A stretch of 64,000 nt of DNA, taken from the NCBI GenBank assembly GCA_951406725.2, contig OX597814.1, forward strand, positions 211,358,001 through 211,422,000. The letters are read 5' to 3'. The position numbers and the translations under genes are program-made. The first letter of the stretch is position 1, and the number at the start of each line of letters is the position of its first letter. Positions 51,195 through 64,000 of this stretch are shown here, in pieces. The notes under the pieces were generated by a model. It saw only the letters and a list, made by a program, of their open reading frames with translations, was not told where the DNA came from and ran no database searches. The DNA is from Octopus vulgaris (lineage: Eukaryota).

Positions 51195-51229
<35 letters not shown>

Positions 51230-51384
51230 CTCTCTTTGCTATTCGATAATGTAACTATACGAGAACCCATACTTATATAATTCATAAATGCATACATACA
51301 TGCATTTACACATTCATATACACTTACATATATGCGTTTTTGTCTCTCTGTGTGTATGCGTGTGTGTTTATTGTTTACCTTTCT

Positions 51385-51975
51385 TCTTTTATCTTTTACT
51401 TGTGGCAGTCATTAGACTGCGGCGAGGCTGGGGCACCCTCCTTTAAGAAATGTTAGTCGAAGGAATCGACACCCACTAATGTTATTATTTTTTTTTAATT
51501 TCTTTAAGCCTGATACATATTCTATTGATTTTCCATGCCGAAACGCTAAATTACGGTGGTGTAAACATACCAAGACCAATCGTCAAGCGAGATGGGGGAC
51601 TTAAACAGACACAAAATAAACACACGCAGATATATGTGAGTAGGTATGTGTGTGTATGTATGGTTTTATATATATATATATCAAAATGAGGGTGAAAAAT
51701 TGTATATTAATTTAATAGTATCAGTTTAACACATACAAATGTATGTATATTTATATATATTTATATATATATATATATGTATCTCTCTCTCTCTCTCTCT
51801 CTCTGTATATATATATACACACACACAGAAACATATATATACGGCGAGTCTGTTTCAGTTTTCGCCTCACAAATCCACTCGCAAGTCTTTGGACGGCCTG
51901 AGGCCCAAGGTTACAAGCAGTGGGACTGAATCTGGAATTATGTGGTGGGAAAGCAAGATTCTTACTACAGAGCCA
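51385..51975 (-). mobile_element. SINE family B, old copy split by microsatellite expansion
   Basis: 3' part at 51385-51620 (CTTTTACTTG..CAGTCATTAGACTGCGGC); head part at 51840-51975. Confidence 0.75.
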
Positions 51976-52638
51976 GGCTAACTTGTGTACATCTTTAATA
52001 ACGTTGAAAAATGCATGTGCAAAAATACTCAAGTGGGACGGCATATCAGGTTTGAAACGACGGTTTTCCAAATGAATATTCGACGACCTTGCAACTTAAT
52101 ATTTTATGGAGCTGCTTCCTATTAATATTACATACATTTATGCATACATCCAAAAATATGCACATGCATACATATATAGATATATTGCCTTGCTACGGGA
52201 CCTTATCTTCTCAATGCTCTCTTAGGGTTACCATGTTGACATAACCTCACGTACGCATTTTCCCACTGGCAGGACCAATGTCCCTTTTAATTCTGACAAC
52301 TGATAGTTCCCTCCAGAAGGAGAGAAAGGCAGCAAAAAATTAATGAAAGGGGAGAGTAGATCCCAGTGCAGGGCTTGCTCCAATATTTATCGCCTCTGAA
52401 AGATGAAAGACAAAGTCAACCTCAGTGCGGTGGGAGCCAGAATCATTTACAACAGATATATTTGTATGTATGGACGAACACACAAACAAATGTATCTAAC
52501 GCTTTAACAGGCCTGACATTATACTTTCTTTCTCTCTCTCTCTCTCACACACACACCACACATACACACACGCACGCACACTCACAGAGCAAAATATGCG
52601 TGTGTATGTGTGTGTGTGTAAATATGTATGTATATGTA

Positions 52639-52671
<33 letters not shown>

Positions 52672-53305
52672 GACCGGGTTGAGTTGTGTTCTTGAGTAAG
52701 GCACTTTATTTCACATTGCAGACACATATACATGTATATGTTTATATATAGGTATATATCCATTGATTTTTGTGTGTGAATATACATGTGTGTATATATT
52801 ACTACACTCGACACTCGCATTTAGGATAGTGTCAGGTCATCGTCTATGCTTTCACTAGTTTGGTGTTCACCTGTGTGCATGTGTGTATGTGTTTGTTTTC
52901 GTGTTTGTGTGGATAGAGAGAGAGAGAGAGTGAGTGAGTGAGAGGGACAGAATGAGAGAGAGTGAGATAGAAACCGGCAGTCAGACAAAGACAGTGAGAG
53001 ACAGAAAGAAAGACAGATAGAGAGACAGTCAGAGATAGACAGAGAGAGAGAGAGAGAGAGAGACAAGAGAGAGTAAGTGAGACACACAGAGAGACTGAGA
53101 AAGAGACTGAGAGGGACTGAAAGAGAGAGAGAGATTGAAGTAATTTTTATCCTTCCAATTCCAAGTAGCCAAACATTCACGATGTGAGAACCAGATGAAA
53201 ACAGAGCCGTTCTAGTAATGGACCAGTATTAACTTTATTGGCAATGAAATCATGAAACGTGAAGTTGACTTCGGCAGGACTTGAACTGAGATCTCAAGAG
53301 GCAGC

Positions 53306-53678
53306 ATGTAATATTACGGCACTTTCTATCCTACGCTGTAAAGGCTTTGCCAATCAAGATTTTCCTGGGAATAGAAGGATGGGTTATCGGTTTTCATAGA
53401 TTAACGTTCAATTGTGTTATTTTGGAGAATTGCATTAGTTGTATTACATAGAAAAACGAAAGCAACATTTCTTCAATGCCAGCAGTATGAGGCACGTAGG
53501 AGACAGAATGTAATATTGCGGCACTTTCTATTCGACGCTCTAAAGGCTTTGGCAGTCAACATTATCTTGAGAATAGATGGGTGAATTGTCAATTTTCATA
53601 GATTTACTTTTAGTTGTATCATTTTTGGAGTATTGCATCCGTTGTATATCTTCAATCTTCCATGCCGGAAGCATGAGG
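53306..53678. repeat. Old imperfect tandem duplication, period ~202 bp
   Basis: ATGTAATATT.CGGCACTTTCTAT..ACGCT.TAAAGGCTTTG at 53306 and 53508; TTTTCATAGATT and TTTTGGAG in both units. Confidence 0.85.
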
Positions 53679-54244
53679 GTCTTAGTGTTGCTTTAGCTGT
53701 AGTTGTTGAATCTCATTTCGAACCTGATGGAGCAGACTTATGTTCAAGTGTATGTCAGCTATAACGACCTTTCCATTTAGGGTATGGTGGAACATTACAT
53801 AAGTTATCTTTCCCACCATGTTTTAAAATATAGTTATGCATGACATCAGATAGGTTTGGCTGTTACATTTAGCTGTTATAATAAGCATATAGAGGTTTCC
53901 ACATTCTCACTATTAATACTGTTGTTGTTGTTGTTGTTCTTTTGAAAATTCGTAAACATCACTGGCTTTCAATTATTTCTGATTCCCTTTGCCACAGTCA
54001 AGGGTGGGTAAGAGAAATGCAACCACATTTGCATCTATATATTTTCCAAACGAGGTCGCATGAGAAAGTCCACATCATTGATTTGTGCATACCTTTCAAT
54101 TGTAGCATCAAAGAAAAAAATAAGTAAATAACTGCTTTTCTGTATTTAATGTTTGAAGGTTTCGATTTGAATCCGTGGACATGAATATGGAAAGGCTTAT
54201 TCGAAGGCCCCAATTGCCAGAGATGTTTTAGAAGCAGTGTGGCA

Positions 54245-54530
<286 letters not shown>

Positions 54531-55244
54531 TGGTGAACTTATGCACTAGCAGTGATAAAGCATATGACAAAATATAGAAACCATTCTACAACTCAAAACC
54601 TTGCACCGTTTTCAAAAGATAGCACTTTTAGTTATAGACAGCAACCTACAAAAGACACGTTTTACTTCAATAGGAGAATTCTAGCGCTCTTTGCATACAA
54701 CACGTACCCTATACAATAAATAGCCCACCCAATACAATAAGTCAGCATATACTCTTCACAATCAACACAATAAAATATTACAACACATACCTTGCATAAT
54801 CGATTCCCGAGACTATAACTCCAACAGCTCAAAAAATTCGTATTTTATATAGTTGCTATAAGACAGTTAGCACGTACTTTATACATATGTCGTCCAGCAC
54901 GGAAAAGCATAACATCAACAATCCTACGTATTCGAAACACGACGCAACGAAATAACTCAGTTCACATTCCACATATACCATATGACAGAAGAGTTTATTA
55001 CATAATACATGAAACAATAAAACCGTTCCTATATAAAAGAAAATCATTGATATAGTATACTAGCAAAATACTATATTCTCAAAACACAGTTTATGCACAC
55101 AGGCAGAATAACGCGGATCTGCATCTGCTGTTACTGTAGAAATTATATAAAATTTGAAAATATCACGTTGGTGAAAACGAAAGTGAAGGTAATAATAATA
55201 ATAATAATAATCATAATAATAATAATAATAATAATATTAATTAC

Positions 55245-55798
55245 AACAGTGCCCTGATGCAGTACCAGGCAGTGGCTCTCGTGGCTTCTGATCTTAACTG
55301 ATTGGAAGTGTTATCATGTACATATTTTGGTCTTCGTATAAAAGATAGGCTACAGCAAATATTCTGTTCATAACACAGATTTGCTTGTCAGTTGTTTGAC
55401 CTTAACCAGTTGCGAAAGTCCCTTATTGGCTGATGATATGTGCATCCTTGATCACGAGCAGAGGTAGTGGGGGAGCTTCATAGGCATGTATTGAGAGGGA
55501 TTCTTTGGGAATAATTCACCTCTGGAAACATGGATGTTTGGTTCAACAGCCTTAAACAACCCTTATTCAGGGACCTTTTGAGAGGGATGGGTTATTTGAC
55601 CAGAAGAAAATGCTAACTTGGCCCCACCTGCAAGGTCATGCGCTGTTTATCTCGATATGAGATCACCATGTTGCGCACGTATGGCTGTGATGCATGTGCC
55701 TAGTGTATTCTTATCAGGCGGGTAGTCATGATGGGTATACTGGGTTTCGTGTATTTTACCCCAGTGTCACTTTGAAGGCATGCACCGCTCTCTCACTC

Positions 55799-55800
<2 letters not shown>
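55245..55800. mobile_element. Unclassified ~555-bp non-coding element flanked by (AAT)n
   Basis: Higher-GC, high-complexity block with (AAT)n tracts at both ends (ends CTCTCTCACTCAATAATAAT). No recognisable ORF. Confidence 0.45.
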
Positions 55801-55829
<29 letters not shown>

Positions 55830-55849
55830 GTAATTTTATTATTATTATT

Positions 55850-56505
55850 ATCATTTGTGGAAAAAATCGTGAAACCGTATGACATATTACCAGTCAATGT
55901 ACGCCACTAGCCCAGGAGGAAGATAGGATACATCACGACAATATAGCAAGGCTTGTCCATTGGACGCTTTGCAACAAGTATGGACTTGACAGAACAAAAA
56001 ATTGGTACCACCATAAACTTGAAGGCATCAACGAAAATCATAATGCAAAGATCTTGTGGGATTTTATGATTCAGTGCGACCATGAAATAGAGAATAGGAA
56101 GCCAGACATAGTGATAATTGAGAAATAAAGCAAACGATTCTGGATCATAGATATAGCATAGTCAGCTGACAACAAGGTATGCAATAAGGAAGAAAGATAA
56201 GTTGATAGATATGACAGGTTAACTTTGGAGGTTGAGCAGTTGTGGTCGATGAAGAAGGTGGTAGTAGTACCAATAATTGCCGGAGCCCTGGGAACAGGGA
56301 GTAAAAATCTTGAGAAATACATAGAACAAATACAGGCTGTAATAAGTGTGGAACACTTGCAGAAAATAGCACTGCTTGAAACCGCTCGAATATTCCGGAT
56401 GGTGCTCGAAAAATAAGTGGTGTTACCTTAGTTCACTTGTAGTGAACAGCTGATCGCATAGTATATCTCGAGCGTTAGAAGCTGTGCAAAGTCAATGATA
56501 AGAAT
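55850..56505 (+). mobile_element. R4/Dong-like LINE 3' fragment (zinc finger plus RLE)
   Basis: CGKNRETV*HITSQC..HDNIARLVHWTLC..KILWDFMIQCDHEIENRKPDIVII..EVEQLWSMKKVVVVPIIAGALG..LQKIALLETARIFRMVLEK* (56416). Confidence 0.9.
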
Positions 56506-57968
56506 AGTAATCTTTTCTACTCTAGGCAAAAGGACCGAAATTTTATTATGGTTGGGGTGTCGATTAGATCGACCCCAGTACGCATAATAACGATTATATC
56601 CGTTTAGCTGTTGATTGAGGGCTGGGTGAAAGCCTCACCATATTGATATCGACTTAGCTATACAGTCTATAGATATGTTTATCCTTACTCATTATGAACA
56701 GGTGGAATATGGTGCTTCCAATATCCGTTTTTATAGTTGTGTTTTCACTCTGACCTTCTGTACTTCTGATGAGATTGATAATTAATATACTTAAAACGAA
56801 AGGAAACCTATGGGGCAAGTTTAGCCGAGCTGATTGCCCGGTTGAATAATCACTAATATTCTAGCGGAATAACAACAACAATAATGTAACAAGTACATAA
56901 TTTATCTGTATTTATTAGTATCAATCCAGGAGCATAATATTCCCAAGAAAAATATTCTGATTTTGTCGGATTTTGTGAACCCTCGAAAGGGTGCTGCAGC
57001 ATGGCTGCAGTCACATGACTGAGGCAAGTAAGAATAAAATTAAAAAAAAATTATTTCCTTAATCTTGAAAATAAGAAAAAGCAAGTTTGCTGTTGATTAG
57101 CTGCCATTTGATAGCAAGTAAAGTAATCTAACCATTAGTATAAACCCTTTTAAACCCCACTCCTACCGTTCATGCCACGTATGAATATATAACAATAATA
57201 AAGGTATTAAAAATCGTTTAGGATTTTTTAAAGATGAAACCTTTGTTGTGTACAAGTGCAAGTGACGCTACTGTTAGTGAATAAGCTACAAATAATGACT
57301 GAAAAACCTTTCTAAAAGTCCTGTGGAAAGACGTAACTATACAAATTTTTCTGTTACAAGACCCAGAATAACACAGGTAGAACTTTTATCTAAGCAAGCC
57401 TGCAGTAAACTTTCAAGATTTAATACTTGGTAATCCGATGAAGATATCTTTCAAACATACGCATGCTCACACTCTTTCTCTCATTCACACATGCACATGC
57501 TTTCTCTCTCTCTCTCTCTCACATATACACACACACACACTCAAACACACACACACGCAAACACACACACTCCCTCTCTCACAAAGTCTGTCATGCTGAT
57601 ATGAAAAAAGGGAATAAACAATGATGTTTCCAAGGATGTAAATAAACTGTGATATGATTTTTGACGACCCGGGTAGTAAAGATAATGATGTTGCTAATAT
57701 CGATATTGTTGTTCCTGTTTTTGTTGACGATGATAAAGATGATGATGACGAGAATAATAGTAATTTCATCTTGGCGCAACGCCACATACTACAATAACAG
57801 AAATCATAAATAATTATGATAATAATAATAATTATGTTTGTGTGTGTACGTGTACTTATATGTATGTGTTTCTACGTGTATACGTAATTGTGTTTATGTT
57901 TGAAATATATATTATATATGTATAATGTATCTGTATGTGTGTATAAGTATGATTGTGCTGGTGCTGTT

Positions 57969-58018
<50 letters not shown>

Positions 58019-59664
58019 TGTGTGTACATGGCGAGAGAGTTATTCTGGGTAGGTGTCCACAGCTGATTATGAGAATACTCTCCCCACAAGTACAAGATTT
58101 AGAGTATTACAATGAAATTTAAAGGGTTATTAATGATGTTAGCAATGATAATTACGATGATGAAATATATTGTCTCCAAATTCCTTTTTACCTCCTCCTC
58201 CTCTTCCCCCTTGGTATCATCATCGCAACCATCACAACCATTGCAATGATTAGATGACTGATCCCACGTCTTTTGGGGTCGCATAAACATATGTTCAAAG
58301 GCTTAACCGCTTTGACTATCCAGCAGTCTTTTTAAGGCATGCTTTAAAAAGGGTGTTATCTAATATGCCTTATCTATTTTCAAAGCGATATCATATAATT
58401 CGGGCAGAATTTGGCTGCTATTTCTAACAAATTGTTCTATCACATGTGGATACGCCTATATTGAAAGGGATTGTCAGGGTTATATGTCCACCGTGTAACA
58501 AATGTCTGTTGTCGTACACATTTAATTTCTTTTTAGTCAGTACTTGTGCTGGAATAAGGTTAGAATTCGACTTTGTGTTCCACGCAGACAGCTTTCAGTA
58601 TCGAGAGATATGTACATGCATTAATGCACAAAAATATTCACACACACAAGCACATGCAAACACACGCGTTCAAGGACACACACGCACACACAGACACATA
58701 TACATGGACTTACACGCGCACACGCAGACACAAACGAGCGCACACATATATATATATATAAACAAGTAAACACACAGACACAGACAAACACAAACACACG
58801 CATACAATAACAGTCCTAGTCCTACAACAGCAACAAACATCACCAACTGAACCACACCATAATTACTTATATCAGGATCGCTGCCATTATCTCTAATACT
58901 ACCGCGACTTCTACTACTGTTTTAAGTATTATTTTCAATTGTGTATATGCAGTAAATATTTTGGGTAGGTACTAAATGTAAGTATTATATTACGGTTACA
59001 TGTCCTCAGAGGACATTCCCAGTGTACACTGGATTTCATACTAGAAGCACGATTCGACACAGGGTAGCACAAAATTACAAAATATGCAGACGCTACCGAT
59101 AGATCCTCGTCACAGACCGAAACAGCAGCGCTGATAATAACATTTGATATTTAACTTTAGTAGAGAGTAGCTTAATTTTTCGGTGGAGTAGTCGTATTCA
59201 TAGACGTTATTGGTTAACTATTATATCATCCCCACATTAATCAGAAACGACGTTAGGTTCGGTGAAATTTGAATTCGGAATGTAGAGGCCCTTATGAAGA
59301 ACACACAAATAAAAAAGAAGAAAAAATAATCACTTTATAGCTTCAACTTAACCATCAAAAAGCACAACGACTACAAAAGTAGTGAAGCAATGAGAGAATT
59401 AGACTTGTCAGGATTAAAAGCTAAAACTACCTGAGATAAAATCATCAACGTCTTCTTAAAAGAGGAAGGCACATTGTAGTTATAGATACCTAATGCCCAT
59501 AGAGTGGCCGTCTTGAAAAATATTAGTGATATATCTACTTAGGGAAAACACGGGACTAGAAAGCAACCATAACAATACTGACAATAATAACAGTTATAGC
59601 TATGGTTATTATTTTTTTTTTTCTATTTCTAACGATAATGATGATGAGAATAATGACAATTATA

Positions 59665-59875
59665 CTCCTTTTTACTAGAGGCATAAGGCCTGAAACTTTG
59701 GTGGTGGAGGCTAGTGGATTCTATTAACCCCAGTACTCAACTGGTTTGTACCTCATCGTCACCGAAAGGTTGAAAGCAAAGTCAAGTCGGTGGCATTTGA
59801 ACTCAGAGCATAAAGACAGACATGATGCTGCTAAGTATTGCCCGGTGCGCTAACGATTTTCCCAGCTCACTCCCT
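59665..59875 (-). mobile_element. SINE family A, degenerate
   Basis: CCCCAGTACTCAACTGG..CCGAAAGGTTGAAAGCAAAGTC..TTTGAACTCAGA..CGGTGCGCTAACGATTTTCCCAGCTCAC. Confidence 0.8.
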
Positions 59876-60408
59876 TAATAACAAAAACAACAACAACAAC
59901 AACAATAATAATAATAATAATGATGATAGCGATGATGATGGTGATGATGTCCCCCATCTAAAAAAGAAAAACCACGTTCTTGTGTTTTCAGTGGTTAGAT
60001 TTGGCTTCCTCAGGTCATACTCTGTGTACGTAATGTAGAAAACATGGGAACGACAACGATGACCGTGGTAGAAATTGAACTCAGTACGCGGAGACGAATG
60101 TATATACAGCCATTCTATTTAAACACAGACTCCAACGTGTATGATACCACAGAAAAATGCTATTCATAATGAATAATGATCTGTAATATTAATACAGACA
60201 ACAGGTTTTGTTCGATTAAATTAATCCCAGCAATTGACTGGTACTTCCTTTTTATCGACTCTCGAAATGGTGGATGTTAATGTTGACCTTCGTGGTGTTT
60301 GAACCCTGCGTATAAAGAATCGTAACTTGATACTGCAAGGCAATTTCTCTGTCGCTCTTAGAAAAGTCTGCCAACCCATTACACAACTCACTGCTAACTC
60401 ACTACTAC

Positions 60409-60464
<56 letters not shown>

Positions 60465-60539
60465 GTAACAACAACAACAACAACAACAGCAGCAGCAACA
60501 ACATCATAAAACAACAACAACATAATAATAATGATGATG

Positions 60540-60614
<75 letters not shown>

Positions 60615-60617
<3 letters not shown>

Positions 60618-60890
60618 TTATCGGAGCACTAACAATCAAGTTCGAGGAATATGTCGGAGAAATTGGGATGGATGAGGGCAGAACATTCCCAAATAAAACT
60701 GCTCTACCAGGGACAGCTAGTGATTTGAAATTGGCGATTGGGTGTTGAGTATCGTCTGCAATACTTAACACTTTAGTACGGAGTTTTATAATTTGTGGAG
60801 ACAGACTCTGCGAGACCTATGACAAAAAGATGCTGTCCGCTGTCACTGAAGTAACCAGGGCAAGTAAGATCGAAAGCTCTGAAGAGTAAA
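60615..60890 (+). mobile_element. R4/Dong-like LINE, short decayed 3' fragment
   Basis: IIGALTIKFEEYVGEIG...KTALPGTASDLK, compare IIVGALG..KIALLGTAHIL. (AAT)n on both sides. Confidence 0.65.
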
Positions 60891-60967
<77 letters not shown>

Positions 60968-61230
60968 GATTGTAAATGGTGAGCTTTCTTGGAACATCTC
61001 AGTTTAGGGAACGGCAAAAGATATCCCGGGATATTCATTATTTGTGTAATCTATACGATTTGAATGCGACTAAATTTCGAAACCGCGTCCCGAACTGAGG
61101 TCAATCGAAATAACAATGAACCATCTCTGCTTTCACACCGCTGGCCCCAAAACAACAGGTAGACTGGTTTTCATATCAGACATCAAGTATCGTGTACGTA
61201 GGTGCAACGGTACCATTGCGAAAAAGAATA

Positions 61231-61263
<33 letters not shown>

Positions 61264-62178
61264 AGGATGTGATTAGAAGATATTGATGCAGTTTTCATGA
61301 CGAGCTTATTTTCGAAATTAATTAATTGGTTTCCAGTTCAAATCCTTATAAATGACAATTGGTTTGTAGACTCTTGTTGCAAAAACATAGCTACACGGTA
61401 TGCGGAGCGACGTCAAACAATGACAAAAAAAAAAAAAAAGAATACAAGTATATACATAAGAAAACGAATGGTTGTAAAGAAAACAAGAAGAACAACAACA
61501 ATAACAACACTCAAAGAAAACTAAATGTTTTGTAATAACATCAATAGCAAGAATTTAGAAATTTTTTTTTTCAGGGAATAATTATATTAAAATTATTTCT
61601 AGTAACCTTAGGGATATTAACGATAGTAAGAAAATATGTAATTGAATGAGACGAGATAAAAATAAATCATGAATATCAAATAATACATTATAGTGAGGCG
61701 CACACCCACATACACACAAACACACGCACGCACACGCACACAAGCATATACACGCACAGTATATATACATACATTCATACATGAATACATACATACAGTC
61801 GTATATACATTCATATATGTACACGCACGCATATATATACATATAGATAATCACACAAGAGTATCATTACATCTATACATACATACATATATATATATAT
61901 TCAGACATACACACACGCGCACACACACACATATATACATTTTATGTATATCTGTATAAATCTAATTATACATAAAATATATATCATATATACATATGGT
62001 GGTGCCCCAGCATGGCAACAGTCTTCGGGCTAAAACATATAAAGGACTTATATTCAAATCTACATATGTGCCTATTCATAGACATGCTCGGATAAACATG
62101 CATGCATACACACACACACAACGCACAAAGATACACACACACATACATATATACATAAATACATACATACGCACTTAG

Positions 62179-62214
<36 letters not shown>

Positions 62215-62458
62215 GTGTGTGTGTATGTGTGCGTGTACGTATATAAACACACACGCACGAACATGCATGCATGCATGTAAGATGCATTTACACACACCTG
62301 CAAGTACATGCACACACCTAGCATTGACCAAAAGAACATGAGGATGACATAAAGGGACAAATATCAATTCATATAACCTTTTATTAATTTTTTGCACCCT
62401 TTACTGTAAGTCCGTAAGTTCTTTACATATACACATACATACGTATTTGTATGTATGG

Positions 62459-62510
<52 letters not shown>

Positions 62511-62629
62511 CGTATGTATGTTTGTATGTATATATGTACGCATGTATTACAGCTTTAGTGATTGTCACCCTTCATTTTTGACGGACCCTTAGAGAGATTC
62601 ATGTTTTCAGCCAGCCAGTCATCCGTACA

Positions 62630-62631
62630 TA

Positions 62632-62690
<59 letters not shown>

Positions 62691-62899
62691 GTCTGTCTAT
62701 CTATCTATACATCTATGTATCTGTCTGTCTATCTGTATGTCTATCTGTCTATCTATCTATATATATGTCTGTCAATCTATCTATCTATCTATCTATCTAT
62801 CTGTCTGTCTATCTATCTATCTAGCTAGCTAGCTATCTGTCTATCTGTCTATCTGCCTGTCTATCTATCTATATATCTATGTATCTGTCTGTCTATCCG

Positions 62900-62956
<57 letters not shown>

Positions 62957-63060
62957 ATATCTACATATCTATCTTTCTCTCTATCTATATGTTTGTCTTT
63001 CTGTCTGTCTGTCTCTTTGTTTGCCTCTGTGCGTCTGTATGTCTGTCACTCTGTCTATAT
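62630..63060. repeat. (CTAT)n/(CTGT)n array
   Basis: Visible directly. Confidence 0.95.
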
Positions 63061-63359
63061 ATATATGTATGCGTGTATGTACATACATGACATATATATG
63101 TATTTGTGTGCATGTCTATATAATAAGATATGTTTCCGTTGTGTGTTCTAGTCTTTGTCTCATGAATAACGTTTAAAGCATTGTGTAAGACAACGACTAT
63201 AAACAAGGACGTTTAGGAACAATATGTGTGGCGAAATGTTTCTTTTATCGAGATACTCGCTCAAACACACGGATACACCATGAAACGCAAACGTAGAAAA
63301 CCCACGAATGTAGAAAGAGAGACACTCTGACACGTACCAACCACGTATGCAGAAACCCA

Positions 63360-63426
63360 CACACCGACACACATACACATAAACAAACATATACATATAT
63401 ATATAGCATATATATATTTTTATGTG

Positions 63427-63464
<38 letters not shown>

Positions 63465-63522
63465 CGTACATAAATATATAACTGCATATGTATACGGTTG
63501 TGTGTGGACATGCATATATGTG

Positions 63523-63578
<56 letters not shown>

Positions 63579-63624
63579 CACACACAAACACACACAAACA
63601 CACAAAAAACACACACACACACAC

Positions 63625-63680
<56 letters not shown>

Positions 63681-63946
63681 ATATACACAAATATAGAGTT
63701 AGAAATATGTATAGGGGTATATATATGTGTGTACATTATATATATATATATATATATACGCGTGTGTGTATGTACATTATGGCCTATGCTCATATATTTA
63801 TATATGCATACACGGGCACATATATTCATACATATTAGTATATGCAAGTAAATGTACACACATACATATATACACTCTCACGCGTACACACACATATATA
63901 TATATTTATATAAATATATACATGTGTGCGTGCCTGTCTGTATATA

Positions 63947-63986
<40 letters not shown>

Positions 63987-64000
63987 ATATATATATATAT
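63360..64000. repeat. (TA)n/(CA)n low-complexity region
   Basis: Visible directly. Confidence 0.9.

Noticed and set aside
56755-56820. CTGATGA...CGAAAGGAAACCTA hammerhead-like motif
   Set aside because: Core and a 3-bp helix III are present, but helix II pairs poorly and helix I does not close next to the cleavage site. It could be chance in AT-rich DNA.
63160-63860. Multiple overlapping 100-200 aa ORFs rich in Y/I/C/V/H/T
   Set aside because: (TA)n/(CA)n low-complexity translation artefacts, as for most ORFs in the track.

Overview
AT-rich, microsatellite-saturated animal genomic DNA. It is most likely cephalopod (Octopus-like), inferred from the SINE families and the density of (TA)n/(CA)n/(AAT)n/(CTAT)n arrays. 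I find no supportable host protein-coding exon. Nearly all ORFs in the track are microsatellite read-throughs or decayed transposon frames, so the window looks intronic or intergenic. It contains about 30 copies or fragments of three tRNA-derived SINE families, an internally deleted mariner and a clean non-autonomous Helitron. It also has five R4/Dong-like LINE pieces next to (AAT)n, an internally deleted Tx1/L1-like LINE flanked by (AAT)n on both sides, decayed Penelope-like (PLE) sequence and older RTE/RTEX-like fossils. The most notable signals are RNA-structural. (1) A 314-bp near-perfect palindrome (15794-16107) carries an intact-core type I hammerhead ribozyme in each arm, one per strand. 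(2) A minus-strand element (~43900-44154) joins a tRNA-like Pol III head to a minimal hammerhead, suggesting a PLE-dependent SINE or retrozyme. (3) Several decayed hammerhead remnants lie within (TA)n tracts. Family assignments come from motif recognition by eye, and boundaries of decayed elements are approximate.
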